Origin: Bacillota bacterium
GTDB taxonomy: Bacteria; Bacillota; UBA994
Assembly: GCA_018333655.1 (NCBI GenBank)
Contig: JAGXTJ010000034.1
Coordinates: 12,716 to 76,715 of the forward strand
Direction of reading: 5' to 3'
Length of the DNA stretch: 64,000 nt
This document shows, piece after piece, positions 45,937 to 55,149 of the stretch. The notes under the pieces were generated by a model that saw only the letters and a list, made by a program, of their open reading frames with translations, did not search any database and was not told where the DNA came from. The stretch's first letter is position 1. Each line of letters begins with the position of its first letter. The translations under genes were made by a program, and so were the position numbers.

Positions 45937-46251
45937 ATGATTAACTTGCTTGCTGAAATCATCGGCGTTGCCTTTCTATTGGCGGGGTTCTTTTTCTTTG
46001 CCGCCGGCACGCTTGGCCTTATTCGTTTCCCCGATGTCTTGACACGCATGCATGCCACCACCAAGTGCGATACTTTGGGCGCAGGGCTGATCCTGGTGGG
46101 GCTAATGTTCTTTTCGGATTCTGTCTACCTTATGTTGAAGTTGGCCGTAATTATTGTATTTCTGTGGATAGCCAACCCCACCGCCGCGCACTACATGGCT
46201 CGCGCGGTCTACCGCACCGAAGGGAGTGACGACAGTGCTGGCAGCGATTAA
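45937..46251 (+). CDS. mrpG: Mrp antiporter subunit G
   Basis: 104 aa, MnhG-like (ANPTAAHYMARA). Confidence 0.7.
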   Translation: MINLLAEIIGVAFLLAGFFFFAAGTLGLIRFPDVLTRMHATTKCDTLGAGLILVGLMFFSDSVYLMLKLAVIIVFLWIANPTAAHYMARAVYRTEGSDDSAGSD

Positions 46252-46477
46252 TATCCTCCTTTTGGTATTTTTGGTGATTTGTGCCGTTGTCGTAGCTCGC
46301 ATCAAGGATTTGCTCAGCGCGGTTATCATTTTTGGGGCTTACAGCATGGTCATGTCTATTATTTGGCAGCAGCTTCACTCGCCTGATATCGCGATCACGG
46401 AGGCAGCTATTGGTGCAGGCGCTACGTCGTTGCTATTCTTGGCCGCTATTAGCCGCACAAGGAGGCATGAAGAATGA
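46235..46477 (+). CDS. DUF4040 (MbhD / MrpA-C-terminal-like) small membrane subunit
   Basis: HSPDIAITEAAIGAGATSLLFL matches the DUF4040 core. Start GTG at 46235 or 46226. Confidence 0.6.
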   Translation: MLAAINILLLVFLVICAVVVARIKDLLSAVIIFGAYSMVMSIIWQQLHSPDIAITEAAIGAGATSLLFLAAISRTRRHEE

Positions 46478-46755
46478 AAAAAGTTTTGCCCGTACTTGTA
46501 CTGGCGGCCATTGGCGTTTTGCTGGTCTTGACTGTGGCCGAAATGCCGACCTTTGGCGATAGCTATGCCCCGGCGCACCGCGGAGTTATGGACAAATACT
46601 TGCAAGATAGCGCTGTGGACACGGGGGCGATCAACACAATTGCCGCCATCATTTTAGACTACCGCGCCTACGATACTTTGGGAGAAGCTACTGTGCTTTT
46701 CGTAGCTGTTTTGGCTGTTACTGCGGCGCTTCACGGGGGCGGACATCATGCATGA
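46474..46755 (+). CDS. MnhB-domain small subunit (MbhE-like)
   Basis: INTIAAIILDYRAYDTLGEATVLF motif. Confidence 0.6.
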   Translation: MKKVLPVLVLAAIGVLLVLTVAEMPTFGDSYAPAHRGVMDKYLQDSAVDTGAINTIAAIILDYRAYDTLGEATVLFVAVLAVTAALHGGGHHA

Positions 46756-47188
46756 TCTCATTCTTGAAGTTGTAAATCGCTTACTCTTGCCTTTCATTCA
46801 GCTTTTCGGCATGTACATTCTCTTTCACGGCCACCTCTCCCCTGGTGGAGGCTTCTCGGGTGGTGCCGTCATCGGGGCAAGCTTAATACTTTACAGCTTG
46901 ACATTCCGCTTTGCTAAAGTTAAACACCGCATGGACCATGACACCTCGGTCTTTTTTGAGGCGGCTGGTGCGCTAATTTACGTGGGGATAGGCTTTGTCG
47001 GCCTGTTTTTTGGCTACAACTACCTTACCAACAGAGGTGTTTTTCCCCTCGGCGTACCAGGGCAGCTATGGAGTAGCGGCATGATTCTCGTCATCACCCT
47101 CGCCCTAGGGGCCAAAGTGAGCGGCACGATTCTGTCACTATTCCAAGAACTCTTGGAAGGGGGGAGTGATGAACATGGTACTCCTTGA
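46748..47188 (+). CDS. mrpB: Mrp antiporter subunit B
   Basis: GHLSPGGGFSGG motif. Confidence 0.7.
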   Translation: MHDLILEVVNRLLLPFIQLFGMYILFHGHLSPGGGFSGGAVIGASLILYSLTFRFAKVKHRMDHDTSVFFEAAGALIYVGIGFVGLFFGYNYLTNRGVFPLGVPGQLWSSGMILVITLALGAKVSGTILSLFQELLEGGSDEHGTP

Positions 47189-47546
47189 ACGGCTGTACAC
47201 TAACATCTACTACTTAGTTGCGGTGGTGCTCTTTGTCATTGGGTTTCACACTATGCTCACTCACAAGAACCTCATCAAAAAATTGATGGCTCTAAATATC
47301 ATGGATACCGCCATTTTTCTCTTCTTTGTGGCCATTGGGTATCGTCAAGGCGGGCAGGCTCCTATACTCGTGCCTGGGGTCGAGAAGTTTGTCAACCCAA
47401 TCCCGTCCGCGCTAATTCTCACTGGTATAGTTATTTCTGTGAGCTTTACCGCCTTTGCGCTGGCACTGGTGGTCCTCCTTTACAAACACTATGGGACCCT
47501 TGATTCTGATGAAATAATCGCGATTAGAGGCAAAAAACATGTTTAG
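47175..47546 (+). CDS. mrpC: Mrp antiporter subunit C (NuoK-like)
   Basis: 3 TM. NuoK/MnhC-like (KNLIKKLMALNIMDTAIFLFFVAIG). Confidence 0.7.
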   Translation: MVLLERLYTNIYYLVAVVLFVIGFHTMLTHKNLIKKLMALNIMDTAIFLFFVAIGYRQGGQAPILVPGVEKFVNPIPSALILTGIVISVSFTAFALALVVLLYKHYGTLDSDEIIAIRGKKHV

Positions 47547-49005
47547 TATAAGTCATGCCCCTATTCTTATGGTCGTTACACTACTCATGACTGCGTTTGT
47601 CGTGCCGCTTGTGCGTAAGAACATGCGCCTAGCCAAAGGGCTTTTTCTTGGCGCCGGTCTCATAGTTGTTGCGCTAGCAGTATTAATTACCTTAGAGGTG
47701 CTACAGTCTGGCACCATGATTTATGCGGTGGGGGAATGGTCTGCACCGCATGGTATTGAGCTCGTGGTAGACGCCTTCGCGGCCTATGCTTCTTTGGTAG
47801 TTTCTGTTATTTCCTTTATTATATACTGGTTTATCGTTTTTGCCCCCCGTGAAGTCAACTATGAGGCGGGCTACTATGCCTTGATTCTACTACTGTCCGC
47901 GGCTATGCATGGCATTGTCATGGCTGGTGATATCTTTAATCTCTTTGTCTTTGTCGAGATTAGTTCACTGGCAGCGGTCGCTATTATTGCGGTAAAGGGA
48001 ACTAAGGAGAGTATCGAGGCCAGCTTTCGTTACCTGATGTTGAGCGCACTTGGTTCAGGGGGGCTCTTGTTTAGTATCGCCCTGCTCTTTATGATAACGG
48101 GGCATCTTAACATGGGCTACATGAGGGTAGCTCTCGCTACCACGGCAGGGCAGTACCCCTTGAACCTGTTGACGGCCCTAGCCTTTATGGTCATTGGGCT
48201 AGGCGTCAAGTCAGCGCTCTTCCCCCTTCATATCTGGTTGCCTGATGCCCATGCTAATGCCCCTACGGGCTCGAGTGCACTGCTCTCGGGGCTTGTCGTT
48301 AAAGTATATGTTATTGCCTTCATGCGCATCGCCTACATGTTGCTTGGCATGGATCTATTTTATATCTTGCCACTTCGCCAAATTCTCCTTGTTTTGGCGG
48401 CACTGGCCATTATAGCTGGCTCCGTATTCGCCATTGTGCAGGACAATATTAAGCGCCTTTTGGCATTTTCTACTGTTGCACAGGTTGGGTACATCTTTCT
48501 TGGGTTTTCTTTGCTAACCGCAAGGGCAGTAGAAGGTGCAATTTGGCACATTCTTATCCATGCCATCATGAAGACATTGTTGTTTTTGGCTGTTGGTGTG
48601 GTTATACAGCAGAGTGGGTACAAGAAAATCTCCCAGGTACATGGCCTGGCGCGCCGCATGCCGTTGACTTTTGCCTGCATCACCCTAGGTGCTTTGTCTA
48701 TGGTCGGTATACCGGGTACAGCGGGTTTTATCTCCAAGTTGTATCTCGCGCTAGGAGCGCTCGATGCTGGTCTGGTTATTTTTGCCGTACTAATTCTTAT
48801 TAGCAGTCTCTTGTCTGCAATCTACTATTTTCCCCTCATTATTACGGCCTACTTCGGACATGATGCTTCGCCGGATGTTAAGGAACCTAGTCTCGCCGTG
48901 CGCTTGCCGCTGGTCATTCTTTCCTTGGCAATTCTATTTTACGGCCTCATGCCCTCGATGTTGCTGCCTTTAGTGCGTCAAACGGCCTTGCTGATAACGC
49001 GTTAA
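47539..49005 (+). CDS. Antiporter-like subunit MrpD / NuoN-M family (proton-pumping membrane subunit)
   Basis: 488 aa, about 14 TM. Proton_antipo_M signatures (LFVFVEISSLAAVA, LPDAHANAPTGSSALLSG). Confidence 0.8.
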   Translation: MFSISHAPILMVVTLLMTAFVVPLVRKNMRLAKGLFLGAGLIVVALAVLITLEVLQSGTMIYAVGEWSAPHGIELVVDAFAAYASLVVSVISFIIYWFIVFAPREVNYEAGYYALILLLSAAMHGIVMAGDIFNLFVFVEISSLAAVAIIAVKGTKESIEASFRYLMLSALGSGGLLFSIALLFMITGHLNMGYMRVALATTAGQYPLNLLTALAFMVIGLGVKSALFPLHIWLPDAHANAPTGSSALLSGLVVKVYVIAFMRIAYMLLGMDLFYILPLRQILLVLAALAIIAGSVFAIVQDNIKRLLAFSTVAQVGYIFLGFSLLTARAVEGAIWHILIHAIMKTLLFLAVGVVIQQSGYKKISQVHGLARRMPLTFACITLGALSMVGIPGTAGFISKLYLALGALDAGLVIFAVLILISSLLSAIYYFPLIITAYFGHDASPDVKEPSLAVRLPLVILSLAILFYGLMPSMLLPLVRQTALLITR

Positions 49006-49021
49006 ATTTGGAGGGTTGGTC

Positions 49022-50503
49022 ATGAGTTTGTTACTTCAGTCGCCAGTTTTGGCGGTTATTATTCCCTTGCTGTTCTTTGTCGTCATTTACATGGTCGAGC
49101 GGCGCTCTTGGCGACTGCGCAATGCACTAGCTGTGCTCGCCCCACTCGCCTCGTTTGTGTTTTTAGCGAGCAACTACTCCCGTGTGCTCGCGGGAGAGAG
49201 AGTCTTGATTGAGTTTCCTGCGATACTGCCGCCACTAGGCATGTCTTTTAGTGTAGACTACCTCTCGCTACTTGTGGGTCTTGTGGTGTCGGGAGTGTGG
49301 TTCTTAGTGGCAGTCTATTCTACGGAGTACATGGTCAAGGAACATGCCAAGAACCGCTACTATCCCTTCTCGACCCTGACCTTGGCAGGAACCATGGGAG
49401 TGGTACTCAGTGGAGATCTGTTTACGCTCTTTTTGTTCTTTGAGCTGATGTCTCTCTCGGCGTATGTATTGGTAGTTCATGAAGAAACAGCCGAAGCCAT
49501 GCGGGCGGGGTATAAGTACCTGGTGCTCACTATTATCGGCGGGCTAGCCTTGTTTTTTGCCATTATCGCCGTCTTCGAAATTGCGGGCACGGTCTCTTTT
49601 GCCTCCGGTGGCTTTATTGCCGAGGCCAGCGGACTAGCAGTACTAGCCTTCTATGGCTTCCTTATTGGCTTTGGTATCAAGGCAGGGATAGTTCCCTTGC
49701 ATGTCTGGCTGCCCGAGGCACATCCTGTTGCTCCTAGCCCAGCTAGTGCTTTGCTTTCGGGCATTATGCTTAAGACCGGGGTTTACGGCCTCATACGTGT
49801 TGTCTTCAATGTATTCGGTCACGAGGTAGTAAGGGCGGGCGGTTTGGATACAGTTCTGCTAGGTTTAGCTGCCGTGACAATTTTTCTCGGCTCAGCGGTA
49901 GCCATCGCCCAAGATGATATAAAAAGGCGTCTTGCCTATTCGAGCGTTGGACAGATGGGCTATATCTTGCTCGGCATCGGGCTTTTGCAGGAGAGGGCTT
50001 TAATCGGGGCCATTTTTCATATCTTTGCCCACGCCATCATGAAGGCCACACTGTTTTTGTCGGCTGGAGCGATTATCTACAAGACCGGCAAGAGGCGTGT
50101 ATCGGAGTGGCGAGGCCTTGGCCGCGAGATGACGGTCACCATGGTCTCCTTCACCGTAGCCGCTCTCTCCATGATTGGCATTCCGCCCTTGGTTGGTTTT
50201 GTCTCGAAGTGGGAGTTGGCCCTAGGGTCACTTGACGCGGGGAGCTGGGGCTTTGTCATCCTGCTCTTGCTCAGCTCACTGATGAATTTTATCTACTACT
50301 TCCCTGTCATTCAAAATACCCTTTTTGGCGAGCAACACGCAGCCAAAGAGGTGTCCCCCAAAACTCGTGAATTACCTTTAGCCATGCTTGCGCCCATTGT
50401 CTTCATGGCTCTGGTCATTGTTTTTGTCGATCTCTTTCCGCAAAGCGGGGTGCTTGACTTGGCTAAGCGGGCAGCCCAGGCACTATTTCTCGTTGTTAAG
50501 TAA
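49022..50503 (+). CDS. Antiporter-like subunit MrpD / NuoM family (paralog 2)
   Basis: 494 aa. LFLFFELMSLSAYVLV, WLPEAHPVAPSPASALLSG. Confidence 0.8.
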   Translation: MSLLLQSPVLAVIIPLLFFVVIYMVERRSWRLRNALAVLAPLASFVFLASNYSRVLAGERVLIEFPAILPPLGMSFSVDYLSLLVGLVVSGVWFLVAVYSTEYMVKEHAKNRYYPFSTLTLAGTMGVVLSGDLFTLFLFFELMSLSAYVLVVHEETAEAMRAGYKYLVLTIIGGLALFFAIIAVFEIAGTVSFASGGFIAEASGLAVLAFYGFLIGFGIKAGIVPLHVWLPEAHPVAPSPASALLSGIMLKTGVYGLIRVVFNVFGHEVVRAGGLDTVLLGLAAVTIFLGSAVAIAQDDIKRRLAYSSVGQMGYILLGIGLLQERALIGAIFHIFAHAIMKATLFLSAGAIIYKTGKRRVSEWRGLGREMTVTMVSFTVAALSMIGIPPLVGFVSKWELALGSLDAGSWGFVILLLLSSLMNFIYYFPVIQNTLFGEQHAAKEVSPKTRELPLAMLAPIVFMALVIVFVDLFPQSGVLDLAKRAAQALFLVVK

Positions 50504-50514
50504 GGAGAGGGAAG

Positions 50515-52752
50515 ATGGATTCTCTGAACTTGTTGCTCTTAACTCCGACCATCATTCCCATTCTAGGTGCGGTGCTGATTTTATGCGGGACGGTGCGTTC
50601 TTGGTTGTGGCCTCGCCTTGTGGCGGTGGTGGCAGGGCTGCTTACGCTCTCCTCTACTGCTCTGATCTTCCAGCTCGGCCGAAACGGCACTGTACTAGAA
50701 CTCAATCTACTTCAAGTCGTAGACTATGGACTGAGCTTTCGTCCCTCCTTCTTGGGGTCGACTCTGGCCCTGCTTGTCGCGGGGTTATGGGTGCTGGCGA
50801 CCTTGTTCGCAGCTTCTTACCTGCAACACACACATTCGCCGCGGCGTTTTTTCTCTTTTTTTCTCCTCAGCATGAGCGGCTGCCTTGGCGTATTCTTGGC
50901 CGCGGATTACTTTACCCTCTTTGTCTTCTTTGAGTTTATGACCTTCACGGCCTATCCCCTAGTCGTTCATGCGGAAAACGATCACGCTCGCCGAGCGGGG
51001 GATATCTACCTCTACATGAGCGTCGCTGGTGGGCTAGTACTGCTATTTGGCGTCTTGCTACTGGTTTGGACGACGGGTACGGCCGAGATAACGCCGCAGC
51101 TGCATGTATTGCTGGAGAGAGGCGTCAACCCCTATGCCGTGGCCCTGATGTTTGTCGTAGGTTTTGGGCTCAAGATGGGCCTTGTTCCCCTCCATATCTG
51201 GCTGCCCTACACATACACCTCTGCCCCTGCCCCGGCAACGGCCATGCTTTCTGGTGCCATGAATAAAACTGGCGTCTATGGCCTGGTGACTTTTTTGACC
51301 ATCACTCTGGCCGGCAATTCCGCTACTCTCGCGAGTGCCGCTGCACGCGTACAGGAGAACCTCGGCTTGGTGTTAATGGTGGTGGGGCTGGCCACGATGT
51401 TAATCGGGGGCTATCTCGCCTTAATTCAAAACAACATCAAGCGCCTGCTGGCCTATTCGAGCGTTAGCCAGATGGGCTACATACTGCTGGCAGTGGCCTC
51501 AGTGATGTACCTCACCAAGGAAGGTGGCTTAGCTCACACGGCAGCCGTCTACCACGCCTTCAACCATGCCTTGTTCAGCACAGCCTTGTTTCTTTTGGCA
51601 GGCGTAATCTATCTTGCCGCAGGTAGCCTCCACTTGGAACGCCTGGGTGGCTTAGCACGTTTCCTGCCATTTACGGCGATTACTACTCTTATCGCCGCCT
51701 TGTCTGTACTGGGACTACCTGGTTTCGCTGGCTTTGGTAGCAAGACCTTAATCCATAAAGCCCTCGTAGCCGCAGCAGAGCATGGCGCCAGCCCGTGGTT
51801 GCTCCTAGCTGAAAAGCTATTTGTCGTAGGCAGTGCCATCACCGCCGCTTACTTCATCAAACTGTACTTGGGTGTGTTTTTTGGCCAGTTTAAAGGTGAG
51901 CGCCTGCGTAGCCGGCACGAAGGATGGCTCTCGCGGGGGGTTCTCACCCTCTTAAGTGTGAGTATGTTACTTGTCGGCGCCTTTCCGGGGGCTGTTATGC
52001 GTTTCTTTAGCCTTGCAGCGGAAGGAACCCTGGTTAATACAGCCTACTTGGCCAAGAAGCTGCCAACTATCAATTTTTGGACGGCCTATGCCTACGGTGG
52101 GGTGTTTTGGCCCTTTGTCATAGGTGCGGGTTTGTATATTTTGGCCAAGTACAGTGGCCTGTTTGGCTGGCGTTACCCGAAATGGCTGTCTATTGAGGGG
52201 GTTATTTTTCGTCCGGCCTACCAGGCCTTCCTCATTTTTTGCTGTCGCTACGCCACTAAGGCCGATGGGGGCATTTGCGATGTCTATGACAGGGGTGGTA
52301 CCATTTCTGGCCGTTTGTTGCGTCGTGTCAAGAGGTTTGACGACCTCATTGATGAAGGCTATGATGCGGTGGGGCACGGCACCACGCAACTTGTTGAACA
52401 GGCTAGGCAGCTCGATCAGGGCGTGGGCAAGATGTACAAAGTTGCGGGGCAGCGTGCGCAGGCCGTTGCACAGACTATGAGTGCTCTTGACGCTAGTGTG
52501 AGTGTTGGCTACGCCAAGGCCGGTGAGGCCGCCTTGCGCGTTACCGAAGGCCTGACAGAATTAGAGCAGTACGCCGAAGAGGGCGCGACTCAAGCAGCTG
52601 TAATCATCACTTCAAGAGAAGCTCTCGCTCCACGCGTCTCCGAAGACACCGCTTTCAACTTGCAGAACGTGACCATCGGGTCACTTATTGTCGCCGTGCT
52701 TTTGCTTATATTGCTGGCTATCCTGTACATCTTCGGCGGACAAGTTTTGTAG
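50515..52752 (+). CDS. Antiporter-like subunit, MrpA/NuoL family, with about 180-aa predicted helical extramembrane segment and a single C-terminal TM helix
   Basis: 745 aa. LFVFFEFMTFTAYPLV, WLPYTYTSAPAPATAMLSGAM. C-terminal region (GTTQLVEQARQLDQG...AEEGATQAAV) is followed by the TM helix IGSLIVAVLLLILLAILYIF. No MrpB-like fusion. Confidence 0.8.
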   Translation: MDSLNLLLLTPTIIPILGAVLILCGTVRSWLWPRLVAVVAGLLTLSSTALIFQLGRNGTVLELNLLQVVDYGLSFRPSFLGSTLALLVAGLWVLATLFAASYLQHTHSPRRFFSFFLLSMSGCLGVFLAADYFTLFVFFEFMTFTAYPLVVHAENDHARRAGDIYLYMSVAGGLVLLFGVLLLVWTTGTAEITPQLHVLLERGVNPYAVALMFVVGFGLKMGLVPLHIWLPYTYTSAPAPATAMLSGAMNKTGVYGLVTFLTITLAGNSATLASAAARVQENLGLVLMVVGLATMLIGGYLALIQNNIKRLLAYSSVSQMGYILLAVASVMYLTKEGGLAHTAAVYHAFNHALFSTALFLLAGVIYLAAGSLHLERLGGLARFLPFTAITTLIAALSVLGLPGFAGFGSKTLIHKALVAAAEHGASPWLLLAEKLFVVGSAITAAYFIKLYLGVFFGQFKGERLRSRHEGWLSRGVLTLLSVSMLLVGAFPGAVMRFFSLAAEGTLVNTAYLAKKLPTINFWTAYAYGGVFWPFVIGAGLYILAKYSGLFGWRYPKWLSIEGVIFRPAYQAFLIFCCRYATKADGGICDVYDRGGTISGRLLRRVKRFDDLIDEGYDAVGHGTTQLVEQARQLDQGVGKMYKVAGQRAQAVAQTMSALDASVSVGYAKAGEAALRVTEGLTELEQYAEEGATQAAVIITSREALAPRVSEDTAFNLQNVTIGSLIVAVLLLILLAILYIFGGQVL

Positions 52753-52768
52753 GAAGGGAGTGACAGTC

Positions 52769-53125
52769 TTGACCGCGTTCGACAAAAAAATAGCAGTAAT
52801 CATACTGCTAGTGGCACTTGTCATGATGGCGGGGGTACTTTACAGGCGTGTTGTGACCCCACCCGGTCAACAGTCTGTCATCTTGGTTGACAACAGGGTG
52901 GTGACCACGGTGGTTCTTGCTCCTAATGCGGAGAAAAGAGATTTCATGGTGCAAGGGGTGCGGGGCGAAAGTGTTATTCGTGTCGAAGGCTCCTACATTA
53001 GCATTGTGTCCTCGGCTTGCCCAGATCAGCTCTGTATAAAGATGGGTCGTAAGAGCCGCCCTGGCGAGGTCATCGTCTGCCTGCCTAACCGAGTGGTAGT
53101 CAGGATTGAGGGCAATGAGCACTAG
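52769..53125 (+). CDS. NusG_II (DUF1312) family membrane-anchored protein with CPxxxC motif
   Basis: TTG 6 nt after AGGGAGTG. N-terminal TM helix. ACPDQLCIKMGRKSRPGEVIVCLPNRVVVRIEG matches the PF07009-type signature. Starts 17 nt after the NuoL-like gene stop. Confidence 0.7.
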   Translation: MTAFDKKIAVIILLVALVMMAGVLYRRVVTPPGQQSVILVDNRVVTTVVLAPNAEKRDFMVQGVRGESVIRVEGSYISIVSSACPDQLCIKMGRKSRPGEVIVCLPNRVVVRIEGNEH

Positions 53126-54314
53126 CTTGCCCGGCCACAAAACCACTGGCAAACGCCCAGTGTAAATTGTAGCCCCCGCAGCGACCGTGCACGTCGAGAA
53201 CCTCTCCGGCGAAGTAAAGTCCCCCTTGCACTTTGGAGCACAGGGTGGCGGGGTCGACCTCATCTAGCGGAATACCCCCCCAGGTTGTCTGTGCTTGTTC
53301 CCAAGTGTGGAGCCCAACAATGGGAAAATCCCACCAGAAAAGCTGGCGGCTCAATCGTGCTAGCTCGGCCCGCGACAGGTCTCCGGCGAACTTCTTATGT
53401 TCTAAGCCAGCTTCTTTTAGAACAGGGAGGCAGAGCTGGTGGGGGAGGTAGCCTGCGAGCGCCTCGCTCGGGGCCTTGAACGAGAGTTCTCCCAGGTAAT
53501 GGCGCAAGAAACCGAGCAGTTTACTTTCGGTGGATTCTTCATATGCTAACTTCAGGCGTAAAGTAAGGCCCTGGCGATGACCTATGGCGCGTGAGAGGTC
53601 AAAAACAGGGATGCCAGAGAGGCCATAGTCAGTGAAAAGAACTTCGCCGTGCTCAGAGAGGCCTAGTTCTGGTATAGCCACTGTGGCCGCCAAGCGTAGC
53701 CCCGACAAGGTCTTGAGATGTGCAGATTGTAGCCGCAGTCCTACTAGGGCGGGGGAGGGAGCGAGTAGGCTATGCCCGAGGGCTTCTGCCAGTCGGTAGC
53801 CATCTCCAGTGCACCCAAGCTTTGGGGCGGCCATCCCACCTGTGGTGAGGAGCACCCGCAGGCCTTGGCTCTGCCCTGTGCCATGACGGAGAGTAAACCC
53901 TCGTGAAGTTGCTTCGATGCTGTGCACGGGGGAACTGACCGCGGTGGCAACCCCCTGGCGCGCTAGTTCGCTTAGAAGCACAGTCAGCACACTTGCGGCC
54001 TGCTTAGTGCGAGGGTACCATCTGCCCTCCTCACTGATGATGAGGAGACCTAGTTCGCCAAAAAAACGTTTTGCAGCTTGGTTGTCAAAACGCCGTAGAA
54101 CTTTTTCTGCTACTCCGACATTGGTGCTGACAAAATTATCTAACGACCAGTGGTCGTTGCCGAGGTTGCAGCGTCCATTACCGGTGGCCAGAATTTTTTT
54201 GCCGAGCTTGGCGTTTTTTTCGATGATGAGTACTTTCGCACCCCGTCTAGCGGCCACAATTGCCGCTACTAGCCCCGATGCTCCGCCACCAACAACCACT
54301 AAGTCATAAATCAT
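53100..54314 (-). CDS. FAD-dependent oxidoreductase, HI0933/BaiN (aminoacetone-oxidase-like) family
   Basis: Rossmann GxGxxG (DLVVVGGGASGLVAA). HI0933-like body. ATG at 54314; the ORF-track extension upstream is unlikely. Confidence 0.75.
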   Translation of the reverse strand: MIYDLVVVGGGASGLVAAIVAARRGAKVLIIEKNAKLGKKILATGNGRCNLGNDHWSLDNFVSTNVGVAEKVLRRFDNQAAKRFFGELGLLIISEEGRWYPRTKQAASVLTVLLSELARQGVATAVSSPVHSIEATSRGFTLRHGTGQSQGLRVLLTTGGMAAPKLGCTGDGYRLAEALGHSLLAPSPALVGLRLQSAHLKTLSGLRLAATVAIPELGLSEHGEVLFTDYGLSGIPVFDLSRAIGHRQGLTLRLKLAYEESTESKLLGFLRHYLGELSFKAPSEALAGYLPHQLCLPVLKEAGLEHKKFAGDLSRAELARLSRQLFWWDFPIVGLHTWEQAQTTWGGIPLDEVDPATLCSKVQGGLYFAGEVLDVHGRCGGYNLHWAFASGFVAGQASAHCPQS

Positions 54315-54387
54315 AGTAAGGATTCGCCTCCTACTTCTAGTTGACAGTCGAGGTTCTCGAGGTTTGTACAAGAAAGGACTAAGATTT

Positions 54388-55146
54388 ATGCGTGCATTAA
54401 TACAGGGCTTTATTTTAGGGCTGGTCGTTATCCTTCCCGGTATGAGCGGGGGAACAGTATTTCTTATCATGGGTCTTTATGAGAAAATGATCGCCGACTT
54501 GGTGCGTTTTAACTTGCGTCCCTATGTGCCGATATTCGGCGGCATGGTGGTTGGTATATTCGTAGGGGGCACCGTTTTTGCTCTCGTGTTTGAGAGATTT
54601 CGTGATGTGACGGTGGCCTTTCTCTTTGGCAGCCTCCTAGCTTCTGTACGCGCTGTGCTTGGCGGTGGGCCAAGCCCTAGTGTGCCACGCGTGCTTGCTA
54701 TGTTGGCAGGTTTAGCCGCAGGGCTCATCTTCGGGGCAGAACCCATGATGATGGCGCAGGAAGCGGTGGTGGTCAGTCCCCTTACTTTGCTCATCGGGGG
54801 TGCCTTGAGCACAGCAGCCATGGTTTTGCCGGGTGTGCCGGGTAGTTCCATACTTATTATAATGGGCATCTATGATACCATGCTCTACTATATCAAAGAA
54901 ATGATACTTGGGCAGTTAGCTATTTTTGCTGTAGGCAGTGTGGGGGGCCTATTTTTACTGGCCTATGTGCTCGACAAGCTCTATGCGCGCTATCGCGATC
55001 TTTTGTCCTACTTCTTCGCCGGGCTGATCCTAGGCTCAACTAGGGCCCTCCTGCCGACAGAGTTTACTCTCTTTGTCGTGCTGAGCTTCGTAGTAGGCTT
55101 CATGGTCATGTGGCCTCTTGGCGGCAAGGGGCAAGCTACAACCTAG
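54388..55146 (+). CDS. DUF368-family membrane protein (PopT-like polyprenyl-phosphate transporter family)
   Basis: Internal repeat with PGMSGGT...LPGVPGSS motifs typical of DUF368. Confidence 0.65.
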   Translation: MRALIQGFILGLVVILPGMSGGTVFLIMGLYEKMIADLVRFNLRPYVPIFGGMVVGIFVGGTVFALVFERFRDVTVAFLFGSLLASVRAVLGGGPSPSVPRVLAMLAGLAAGLIFGAEPMMMAQEAVVVSPLTLLIGGALSTAAMVLPGVPGSSILIIMGIYDTMLYYIKEMILGQLAIFAVGSVGGLFLLAYVLDKLYARYRDLLSYFFAGLILGSTRALLPTEFTLFVVLSFVVGFMVMWPLGGKGQATT

Positions 55147-55149
55147 TAT

